Below are positions 12,858 through 25,247 of a DNA stretch of 64,000 nucleotides, one piece after another (the first letter of the stretch is position 1; the number at the start of each line of letters is the position of its first letter). The position numbers and the translations under genes were made by a program. Under the pieces are notes generated by a model. The model saw only the letters and a list, made by a program, of their open reading frames with translations. It was not told the origin of the DNA and ran no database searches. The stretch comes from Bigelowiella natans CCMP2755. Its lineage: Eukaryota; Protista; Cercozoa. Location of the stretch: assembly GCA_000320545.1 (NCBI GenBank), contig ADNK01002368.1, forward strand, positions 1 through 64,000, given 5' to 3'.

Positions 12858-13249
12858 ATTCGTTCATGCCTGCATACCTGCTTGTGAATTTTTTTAGGCT
12901 CAAAAGCCTGTCCGATGAACTACATTGGCCGTGTGGTGGTGGTGACGGTGTTCGTTAAATTTGTGCACACACACAGGTGCTTTGAGCGCTGGCACGTCGC
13001 TAGGTCAAGCGTGCGCTATCACAGCGCGATGTCCACATCAATGAGACGGATACAATGAACGTGTTAAATTTTGTAAATTGTCATTCTTGTGTCGACATAG
13101 CATAGCTGTGCAAAGTCACACCCATCTAGCCATGCTGCGTGCGTGGCTACTGCGCATGTGAAACACGCACAAGCTTCAGTGCTGATTGTTGGTAGATGGA
13201 GCTGCGGATTGATTTGGACAGGTCGATTTCGTTGTGGTGCCATCAATTG

Positions 13250-14200
13250 AAATAAGGCCCCACAAATGATGGATGATGTCAGCTGGAAACAATGCTCAGA
13301 GAAGCATCTTCAGATGGAGCAGAGCACGCGCGCAGCACCGAGAACACTTCATTGAAACAAATGACTTTCCGGTCCTCCTAGCCTCGCATCGCAATGGGAG
13401 CCCCAACGACCATGCTGCTCTGTCGGCGCGCCATCGCCATCGCTGCAGATGTGCAGCGGGCTTTCTAGCTTCCATTGGTCATCGTCAGCCTTGAGAGCAT
13501 CAACGCACAGCGACAACTGATGATGGCGGCCAGAGGACAAAAACCCTGCAGCACTGCAAGCAGCTGGACAGGAACGATTTGCCCTGTTCGGAGCCAAGGC
13601 TTGTGGGATGTGTCACAGGTGCGCGTTTGGTTGGAGAGCGGGCACAAGCAGACGACACACACATGAACAAACCAACAAGCCATGCACATCCTCCACAACG
13701 GTGGGCGCTGTGCAGACCGCAAGTGCAACGGGCAACGCTAGAACGGGCACCGCCCAGAAACACACAGTGCCTCCTCCTAGCTCATTGCAAGAGACTGAAG
13801 GCGACGACGACAGCACTGACAGTGCGCGGCGACTAGGAACAAAGGCAACACACCAGGGGGCTTCGATGCAAAAGGAGAAGAATTTGGTGCATCACCGCGC
13901 ATCGCGCGCCGCATCGGCGAGTTCGGATTTTTTTCGTGTTGGTTGCTGTGATGAGTCCTGGCTGGCTTGACTGGTTCGACTTTCAAGCGAGTGAAGGACC
14001 TGAACTCTTTGTTGATTTGACTCTGAGTGGCAGAGCTCTTGAGTCAATGGGAAGGCGCAAGCGGCGCGACTTCAAGAATCACCTCCCCAAGCATGATCAC
14101 CCCGCGAGGGCTTGGTTGGAGTGGAACATTGAGAAAATGTGTTGGATCTCCCAGGGATCTCATGGTCATCTCTGACCAAAATCTCCAAATTGCAAAAACT
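13250..14200 (+). pseudogene. Decayed coding relic with weak SAM-like and TIR-like fragments
   Basis: Protein-like frames are broken by TAG/TGA. Fragments include WDVSQVRVWLES (SAM-like) and LVAVMSPGWLD (like the VLVLSPGALD motif of SARM1-type TIR domains). Similarity judged by eye only. Confidence 0.3.
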
Positions 14201-14585
14201 ACGACACTTTATTATTATTCGTTGTCGCATGAATAAATTTATCTTGATTTTGAACATGCGGCGCAGGCTGTTTCACCAGTTTTAACGGCAACTACGCTGC
14301 AACTAGATCTACGCTGATCGCGCGGTGGGGAAAGATGCAACATGTTGTGTTTGTGCAATGTGATGATGACATGTATGATGATTGAAAATGGTCTTAGCGT
14401 AGGTAGCGGGTGGAAGGTAGTCAGTGGCTAGATCATGGAAGTTTAGAGAGATCATTCTTACCAGATAATATCCGAAGCATCATTCATTCCTAAGTGAACA
14501 TTTTAAGTGAAAAGAGCAGCTCTTATTCGTTGAATAACCCAGCTACTCTTACAAACCCTTTACCTTTATGTTTCTGGGCATATAG

Positions 14586-17180
14586 ATGAGTAGACGGGCA
14601 GGATATGCTGCTTCTAATGGGGGCTATAATTCGAATCAACTCACAGGTATTATTCCAGAATATGTAGTAAATGCACATATGCATACATACCAGTTGCTCC
14701 CATCAAACGAGATAACTCTCCCTTAATATTCAGACTATGCTGATCAAATGAGAAGGAAAAGGGAAAACGCAGAGAGAATTCGAGAGCAGGTAATAATGAA
14801 TGAAAGGCATTAGAACTCTCTCGATCAATAGTGTATTTTTAATAGAGGAAAATGCGTCTGGAAAGAGAGGCAGCTCAAAGAAATGATGGTAAAATTGATA
14901 GGGTTCCGTTTATAATTCCTCCAATGCGTCGTCATTGTCATCACCTAAATCGATTTCTTTCTGGTTCTGTCTGCATATACTATCGTGAAATAAAAATAAT
15001 AATAATAGGCACATTTGGGGAGCCACCAGCAATACCCTCTCGACAGAGGTGACTAACCAGAACAAATGACCACCGTCTTCGTTACATATTTAGTAATAGT
15101 AGTAGTAGTAGTAGTGGTACTAGGTGTAACCCACCCAACCAATCACCCACACTTTTGATGTATTGATGAATATAACCTCTTCATATTCTACTACTTCTTC
15201 GTGTGATCTTGACAGTCGGCGTCAATCTGCAGTACCTCCTGGGTATGATCAACCGTCATCTGCTGGCTATTCAAACGGTGGTGTCTCTTCAAGGGTATTA
15301 GTAAGATTTTGCACGAATTTGAAATTACCATGATACGCCATTATATGTGGATTCCAGCTCGCGATATAAGCGAGTCGGTATAGTTATTATTATTATCTGA
15401 GATCATGTATGAATATGTTCACTCCTCATGTTGTGCCGTTACCGTTGTCGTCGTTGTTGGTTACTGAAAAAAAGGGAGGAGGAGGTTCAGTAGGTCGATC
15501 AAGAAGCCAGAGCCGAGGGAGGGGAGGAGGAGGTTACCCGCCTCAACATTCTCATCACCAGCAGCAGCAGCAGCAAGGAGGAAGCTACCATGAATATGGA
15601 AATAATGACTACTCTAGGGGTGGTGCTAACTACAACCACCACCACCAGAATTATCAGCAGCATTACTCTTCATCATCCCACCACCACGATTCCAGCAATA
15701 ATTCTCGGTAGTAGGTGACCATCACCCAATATTCATTGCATTTCATTCAATATTGCAGAAATGAATCAATAGTAGCAGCAATTCCCATACTGCAGGTAGT
15801 AAATGCAGCACTCTTATCGTTATCTGGTGAACATTAGGGTTCAGTCTGCAGATGTCGGTAGATCTTCCTCTTCTTCTTCGACGAGAGAACGCCAGCTTAT
15901 CAAGAGAGTCCAGGTGATCCAAGCTATAATATTATTTATTATCTCTCAGACGACAAGAAGATTACGAAGAAGAAGAAGAAGAAGAAGAACAACAACAACA
16001 ACAACAACAATACACCTGGACTTGTCTTTAACTGCAGCTGCTGCTGTGTGCGAATGATTTGATTTGTTTAGAGCTTGGAGGAGCAACTGAGATTATTGAG
16101 GCACCAGCAAAAACTATTCATAGCTTTCATGCAGACAGCAAACAAAAAGTTTATTTTTTTAGAGAATCAATTCGAAGATTTCAAGAGGTAATGGCGCTTT
16201 GGATTATTCACACATCCTCTTTCTTTGTTATTTCCATCTTTTGTAAGTTGATAGATACTGCAGAAGATGTTTGATTGTAGTAGTTGTTGTAGTAGTAACC
16301 CCAATCTTCTTCTTCTTCTTCTTCTTCTTCAGAGAGGGAAAGACCGCTCAGAAAGGAGGATCAGGAGGGATGCAGCAAAGCACCAGTAGTAGTAGTAGTA
16401 GTAGTAGTAAGGGGAACAATTCGTATCATTACTCTAAAAATCAGCATCATCATCATCATGATCGTCACGGTGGTGGTAGCGGTAGTGGTGGAGCTCACAA
16501 CAGATCAAATAGGGTAATAATAATATCTGTTTGCCAGGACATAGGAGATGTAGCAATACTTGTAGTAATAGTAGTAGTTATCGCAGACATTTTTGTTCAT
16601 TACCACCAGTAACAGCAGAACATATACCTCAAATCAGGATTTAACTTCTTCTTCATCATGTTAGCTAGAGTCCTCCTTATGGTGAATAGCTGTTCTTCTT
16701 ATTCTGCACGCACACAACAACCATAGGTTACACCGGGGGGTGTAACCTACTCCTCGTCGTCTCCGAAAGACAGTGCTGCTGCAGACCACCAAAAAGGAGG
16801 AGGATACTACGACGATTATAACAACAGCGGTATGATAAATTCAGAATTGAATAATAGTAATATGCTGCTGCTCCTACTCTCGTTTTATGATGAGATAGAT
16901 AGGGATTCATTTCACCTGATAATATGTGAATATTCATTTGAACGTTCGGTGATGATGATGATATATGTGATGATATGTCAGCAGCTGGTGGTGGTGATGT
17001 CGACGTCCGCAATGGAGGAGGAGGAAGGGGGAGAGGAGGAGATACTGGTTCAGGATATAGATCAAGCTCGCACCAGCAGCACCAGCAACAAACATCACAA
17101 CCTTCATCCGCGAGACGGTAGTTCTAGTATTAGTAATCCAATAATACTACGAGAATATCAGTACACAAGTCATTTTTTAA

Positions 17181-17254
<74 letters not shown>

Positions 17255-18497
17255 TATACACATGCCCACACTTCGGAGAGTGCATGAGTCCAACTCAGTC
17301 AGATATGAAAACACATGTGAAAAAATTTAAAGATGAAAATAACTATTATATATATTGGAGATAGAACAAGATGTTTCAACATTATCAATGACGACGACGA
17401 TGAGTCACCATAATGAACATATAATATAGACGTGCGGAAGCCCAGGAATATGCAACAAAATACGAACAGCAACAGAAGCAGAAGCAACGGCAGGAGAGAG
17501 AAAATAGTAGAAACAATATGATGCAGCAGCAGTATCATCAACAGGTGGTCATATGCAAACACATCATTAATTTGTCGTCGATTTTACAACTACTTACTAC
17601 AAGTATTCATACGAACAAAGTAGTTTAAATCGAGTCTTAAAAGCCCCCACTAGTACATCTTCTCTCCTCTTCTCATTCCTTCCATAACTGTTTCTTGTCC
17701 TATCTGTTTGGATTCGTTGTGTTCGCACTGTAACAAGGCGGGAGGGTACGATGATAGTCAATTTAATGGACAAGGAAAACACGATGACGGGGTAGGATGC
17801 ATGGCTTGTAGTAGTCGCCGAATGCACTCGATATATCATCATACATCGCCAATTTATGACTACGACTCTCTCTGTAAAGGAAAAGAGATCATACCTGATG
17901 ACAAAATATACCATCAAAGAGTAGTAGGCAGAAAAGAAGTACATCAAATGTTGATGAAATGTCTGGATTCTTGGGTCTCATCTTCTGCTTCTTGCTATCA
18001 TCATAATCATAGTCAATATAATTATACATATGTTGTTTGATTCAATCTTGTTTGTTCTATATCTTCTTTTCTTTTCTTTTTCACTATTATCATGCTGCTA
18101 CCTAATAGTTACCGGATGCTTTCGCTGAAGAACCTGTTAACCTTGAGCCTTGCCCCAATTGTGGTATGTATGATGAAACATTAAGATAATAATGATGATA
18201 ATGAGGAGTATGGCCCTATCATTAGCTACAAGAATGGCTGTTGCTGTTGATTGATTATGTTCATAGTCTATATAAAAACTATCATCATTATTCTCGTCAT
18301 TTTTCCATTCATTCAGGACGAAAGTTTAAACCGGAAGTGTTAGCCCGTCACATCCAAAAGGGTGTGTGTAAAAAGAAGAAGCGTCGTGCTTTCAAAGTCA
18401 AGAGGGTCGAGGAGAAGGTACTTCATTGCAACACTAACTACCACCGACGACAACAACAACATTAACAGCAGCAGCAGCAGAAACATTCATAGTGTTA

Positions 18498-18528
<31 letters not shown>

Positions 18529-19138
18529 CCTCCCTGCGGGGCTTTTAATCATCATCGTCATCATCATCATAATAAAAAATAATGCTTTTCCTGATGGTTG
18601 GGATTATTTCTCCTTCCCCTTAGGTGAAGAAAGACGTAACGTCTGAACAAAATTACGAGGCGGCCAAAGGTGTGTTTGCAAATGCACAGAGAGTGTAAAT
18701 GCACGATTTGTTGTTCACTTATTGCACAGTAGAGTATAAATAGTAGGTATAAAAATTAGTAGAATCTCCCTCAAATATTTTGTTTCTTTTCTCCCATAAA
18801 ACGTCTTTAAATTTAATCCTCTCAGCAAAAAAGAAAGCAATGCCAAAATGGAAAAGGTTTGCTTCTTCAAAAAAATCGATTTGTTGATATAAACTTCATT
18901 CAATTCACTGTTTTTCATGTAGTACCTTTATCGTCGTTGTTGTCATCATTAACTATGATACTTTATGAAGCATTGCCCAACGTACTCATCCTTCCTCTAA
19001 CAGAGATCGTGAAGCATTGAGAGCCGCTTTGAAGCAGGGAAAGATGATTACCCAAGCTCTTAAAGAGGTGATTTAGATGGTCACAGATTTGTTTGATCAA
19101 TCTCCACATCTAATCTCTCTCGCTCTCTCACTCTCTCT

Positions 19139-19174
<36 letters not shown>

Positions 19175-19188
19175 ATATAATCATAACT

Positions 19189-19235
<47 letters not shown>

Positions 19236-19734
19236 CAGGGAAGAGATATCAGGGATGTCCCGGTCGTTCCATCATCTGCAGCACAAGATGACAGGGTTCC
19301 GTGTCCTCACTGGTAGGGTAGATGATGATGATGGTGATTAAGTGTGAAATTCGTAATACAAATCTAGTACAATTCTATTATGATCTGGATGATTATGCAA
19401 ATGATGATGATTCATAGTCATTAATTTTATGTAAGTATTAGAATCCAACACCCAATTTGATTTTTTAACAACGCCTTGTGCTAAGGGTGTTATTTTGCCT
19501 TCCTTAAATTGATGATGAACATCGTTTCAATCGTTCAGTGGCCGCAAATTCAATGAAGACGTTGCAGCTCGACATATCCCGAGGTGCAAGAATATCAGAG
19601 CCAAGCCTAAGAGACTTATAGCAAAAAAACATCAATATGGAGGTAGTACCATTTTCCTTGTGGAATAATTTTCATCATTCCTCACACATTGCACATTGCA
19701 ATTAGGTGTTGCAAGAAGGGGCAGCAGAAGATAA
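14586..19734 (+). CDS. C2HC zinc-finger domain protein (ZC2HC1-like)
   Basis: Probable start MSRRAGYAASNGG, followed by long low-complexity exons. Two C2HC fingers: EPCPNC-G-RKFKPEVLARHIQKGVC and VPCPHC-G-RKFNEDVAARHIPRC. A REALRAALKQGK linker lies between them; stop TAA 19732-19734. Confidence 0.8.
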
Positions 19735-20816
19735 TCAATATTATGCAAGTCTTACATTAATCATTTCAGATGAGAAAAGTAATAGTTGCATACTGACGAT
19801 CAGCAATACACAATTTCGAATCCCTTGTTACGGTTAACTTTTGTGTCAGAGTGTGAGTGGGTGAGTGCATTATGATTATGACAAATTGTCGATCTTATTG
19901 TATAACAAAATAAATCGTATACATTTCATGAGGAAGTTTCAATATATTTTGTTCACTTCTCAACCATTTCTATGAGGAATCATACCTCCATGGAGTAACT
20001 GATATGATCTAATATCCATCATGTTACTTCGTATTTGATGTAGTAACATTCATATTAAACTCATAAAATCTAGCTACCATGCTAAAGCTTTCAGTGAATA
20101 ATACCAACTCAATTGACCAAATATAAAGAGATATGCATGGGCCACTACTGACGAATTGTACATATGACAAATTTACATATGTTGCGAGCATTATACCACC
20201 ACGAAAGGCATAGCTTGCGGAAGTGAACAAATACAATTTAGGCGCTACACGCATATAATAGACATTGTAGCCGCAGCTTTGCACAACTATACTAATTATT
20301 AGGATGTCAATTGAAGAAAAATCATTTCATTATCCGTCTCATATATATGATAAAACATTGTGCATTGCGCGCACATACAATTGTTATATTGTAGAATCGA
20401 AACTGCTTAAATAATTTCAGCGCTGTAATCGCAGCTTTGCACAGCTACATTAGGATGCATTTCTGGCGATCTTGTTTATATACGCCCCGTGCAAAGATTC
20501 GCTGAATGCCCGTTGAGAATCTGGGAATGCTAATATTAATTGTCGCGCATAGCATGTTGTGTTTATTGCGGTATGATATATACAACAAATGTCACACCTA
20601 GCTAGCTAGTTAGATGCAATCACAACGTGAATTGCTGCGCACGCACACGTCGTCTCACAGCATGTCGGGCATCTACATACGTGCGTACATCTAATTTTTC
20701 TAGCTATACGTATCGTATAGCTTGCCGCATTGCTTCGGGACATTAGCTTCATGATTGTGAAACTTGCTAATGCTGTGATCCTAGCGATTTGGAATGCGCT
20801 CCAGGCTCCTTGAGTC

Positions 20817-21954
20817 TCAAAACTCAAGCTTGATCCCACCTTTTTTACCCCCGGATTTCTCGGCATCTTTCGACAGCTGAGCAAGCTTTTCCTTATAGGC
20901 CTGATCCTCCTCCACTGTTGTGTTAACGAGAACATGGAAGAAACATGAATGCATTGCCATGAATGCATCGAGATGAATGTAGTAGTGCTAGGGTAGTGGT
21001 AGTAGTAGTAGTAGTAGCAGCAGCAGCAGAAGAAGAAAATAGGATACTTGCAGCTCTCCCACCCCCCGTACCTGTTGGTCCGGTTGTAGCATCAGAGCTG
21101 GTTTTCTGTGCTTCTTTCTTTTGATTCTATTTCACACATAAAAAGAAAACAAAGAAAACAACACCAAACCCCCATTGCGATGATAAGGACACAGCAAGTT
21201 CAAACAGAATAAGTGGTAAAGAACCTCCTCCTCCTTTTTTTTCTTGGCTTCAGCTGCCTTATCCGCATTTGTCCAGATCTTTAGAGCTTTCTCAGGAGCA
21301 GCGGGACGAGGTCTTGAAGCCACGCTGATGGCAATCCCATTCCTACGAACCAAGTTTTTCAGCGGTTAGATGTCCAACCAAACAATTCACGATGTAATAA
21401 TCTGGAAACATTATCTTGAGAGAGACTATGTGAAATGATCTTAATACGTCCGTTGTTTTCCAAGGAATCATTTATGTCGTTACTACTGCTGCTGCTTCTT
21501 CTTCTTCTTCTTCTACTACTACTACTAACACTACTACTACTGTAATTTACTCGGTTGCTCTCTTTCCTCCTCGTTGTGGCCTCTTGAATCGTGCTCTCCT
21601 AAATATTGCATAAACAATAAGACAGATGAATAGCTCAGAGAAGGAGGTGGTAATAGGAGAGATGATATTGACTCATATGAGTCGAAGGAAATCTTTATTG
21701 TTGCTGTTGTCTTATTATTAACTACTGCCAGAAGCAGAAACAATACATATATAATCGTTTGCCTCTAATACTCTAATGCAAAAGTAGTAGTGCGTGCAGT
21801 AGTACTAGCAAATGACAGACAATGGTACAACTACTACTACCCACCCCTTAGCCGTAGATTTTTTCTCGGAAGGTTTTGATTTGACGGAAGTGGCAAGGTC
21901 GCAGAAGATCAAAGTTCCTTCACTTCGGACGCCAAGTGCTTGCTGTAACCTAAT

Positions 21955-21996
<42 letters not shown>

Positions 21997-22082
21997 AGGC
22001 TAGAATTTTTGTCCTATCTTTGAAGCAGATGATGACATATTGGACAACGATATTGACAGCAATGGAGCTCTTCTAACAGTTA

Positions 22083-22119
<37 letters not shown>

Positions 22120-23352
22120 CCATCATAGTATTACCAGTCACGCACAGCGGCTACTACTTACTACTACCTACCTACCTCCACCTTTACCTTTGTCAAACGC
22201 GAGACGATAATCTCCCTGATATTCCATGCCATGGCATAATTGCGACAGACGTACCAGAAAGAGAGAAATAATTATACACAATAATTCGTAAACAGCTGGA
22301 GGTTGGCTGATATGTGTATCATCAGCAAGGTGTTCTTTATTTCAAGAGGGGAATAATGGATTTAGAGGTAGATAATATCACTAAGACGACATAGAGCATC
22401 AGCAGCAGCATTATAGGCTAAATTAAGAAATAGTAGTAGTAGTAAGTAGTAAGAGTAGTATTAGTAGTAGTAGTAGGAGTGGCAGCCGTAGCCGAAGTAG
22501 TAACAAGAGGGAGCCGCACTCACACAGCAGCAGCCATAAACAACAGGTTTCAGGTACTACTACTACTACCTTCTTCTGTGGAGACGGTCATGATCTCTTT
22601 CAAACTGATGGACGAAAACCATCTGATTCTTCTTCTTGTCAAATACCTACAAGATCAAGAAGAAGAAGAAGAAGAAGCATGTCTCATCATCATCATCATC
22701 GATCAAAACAACAAATTGGTAATAATACGTATTGATGATGATAGATCTTCGACATTACTCTAGTACCTCTGGCTTGGGGATTTTCTGGATCACCAGGGAA
22801 TCACCGTCGCGAAATTTGCGGAAACTCTTCAGTCCACGATTGAGCTATTTTATTATTTAAAATCATCTTCACCGTGATTGTTACTATCTAGCTACCATGA
22901 TTTGTTATCATTTATTAGTGAGGGTCATCATCATCATCATTTTCAACCAACCACCAAAGAAAAGCAGTTGTTTGGTTAGAAGTACATACTGCGCAAGTGC
23001 TCTGAAAGATGGCTCCTGGGCCTCCCTGCAATAAAGTTAGTAGTAGTAGTAGTAGTAGTAGTAGTAGCAGCAGTGATGATTGATGAGTGTGTACCAAGGA
23101 TCTGGTAGTGGTGGAAGTAGTAGTAGTCGTAGAAGTATAAACAGATGTCACAAAAGTACAAGAATAATAGCAAAGCCGCAAATCAAGTAGGTAGCCTTAT
23201 TGCCAATGATTGTCACGTTGTTCCCCACATCATCATTATCATCATAATTATCATTATCATGATCATCATCACCTTGAGCTTTTCACGGATACGCATATGC
23301 TTGAGCTCGTACCTGGAACCAGGAATAGCAGCAGATATTGTAGGTATAGTTT

Positions 23353-23386
<34 letters not shown>

Positions 23387-23490
23387 TATAGTAGTAAGCG
23401 GAAGCACAAAACAAAATGATGCACTGTTGAGAATACACATTATCTAAATATACTGCTCGAAATAGCTCTCATTATTCTCTTGAACAACAT

Positions 23491-23542
<52 letters not shown>

Positions 23543-24217
23543 GTATCGACGATGCTGTTTTCCATTTTGACGAAATTCCACCGAAAATATTGAGTTTTAT
23601 CATTTCAGTTCATAATTCAATGATGGGACGTCATGATAACAAAATGCTACGATCGTACTTGTTTCCTCCTTTTCCATTCGGCTTTGCATCGTTGAGATAT
23701 CTGCAATTAGGAAGTAAGGTAATAGTTATCTATTTGTAGCAGGCAGCAGTTAATTTTGAGGTGAATTGATTGATTGATAATAGTCTCTCCTCTCCATCTT
23801 GATCTTCATCTTTGTTCCCACCATAGCATCAGCATCATCATCATTAGCATCAACACTATTATCACCAACTAACATCTCTACCTGAGCAAATCCTGAAATA
23901 GGTCCTGAACCTTCTGGGTTTCTAGCACAGGAACTTTGAACAAGTACGCCATCTTACCGTCAACCTAATCAAAATAACAAAAATAACAATTATGAGAATG
24001 AGAATACACGACGAGATGATAGATAGATAGATAGATGGATATATTGTAGTACTAGTAGCAATAGTCATATCGAGCAGCAAACAAGGGGGGGGGATCAAAA
24101 AGGAGGAAATGAAATAGTTGCGTCAGCCATGATGCGGTATTCTTAGTTTATCTTCGATGTAAGCGAGAAAAGGAGGAAGAACCCGCAAGTAGCCGTAGTA
24201 TTACCATTACTGTGGTG

Positions 24218-24249
<32 letters not shown>

Positions 24250-24477
24250 AATTCTTATTATTATTCTCTAGTTATCATTATTACATCGGGGTCGTAATAG
24301 TAGAACTTAAGGTTGGACTCCCCTTTCCTCAAAGGCCTCCCCTTCTCCACATACACGTACTGTGACGACATGAACTTGAGGTCTTCAAGTGTTTGGTCCT
24401 CGTCCTAGTCATTAGGAGGAGGAGGAGGAGGATTGCCTCATCATAATATGCCAAACCAAACGATAACCCTTCTTCTT

Positions 24478-24508
<31 letters not shown>

Positions 24509-24587
24509 AATTTACAACCGCATCATCCTTGTTTCTCATTTTCCTCATAATCCTCCTTCTCTTGATGATCATCATCACCAGCCATTA

Positions 24588-24620
<33 letters not shown>

Positions 24621-24709
24621 CTTGAATTGTTCTGCCTTCGCGTTCCTTTTCAGCCTGAAATCATCCACATGCTCGAGGCCGAGGATTGGTAACCTGGAAA
24701 ACATGAAAA

Positions 24710-24754
<45 letters not shown>

Positions 24755-25203
24755 CCAAAATGGAAGATCATTATCGTACTAGTCGAATTTCTCCGTTGTT
24801 GTGTCCTCTCCCTCCTCCTCCTCCTTCTCAGTTCTTCGGTCCCCAAAGGAGAGGGTAAGACTTTCTAGACATTATGATGTTCAATTGTCCAGGTGCATGT
24901 AATAATGGTGGTGGTGATGATGATGATCACGGTAATAAATAACAGTTCTTTGTGTGCTGCTGCTGCTGCTGCTGCAATGATGCCGTTCTTCTTCTTCATT
25001 CGTAGTATAGCACATACATAGCTTGTTTGAGTTGCTTTAGGGTTTTATTCTTTGAAACCGTGACGATAGGATTGCTGTTATCGTCCTCTCCTTCCTACTT
25101 TGTCATCATCGTCATCACAATCACATAGTAATAGTAGATGTGTCCATAGGTAGTTGTCTGTCATATATCCCCTCTTGTTCTTGTTCTTGTTCTCATTCAC
25201 GGC

Positions 25204-25247
<44 letters not shown>

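Noticed and set aside
3640-14450. Terminal inverted repeats or target-site duplication bounding the island
   Set aside because: No convincing matching termini were visible by eye and no transposase ORF was found, so it is not called a mobile element.
20606-20968. 120-aa minus-strand ORF
   Set aside because: It overlaps the USP last exon in a different frame, and the in-phase USP exon ends at 20817.
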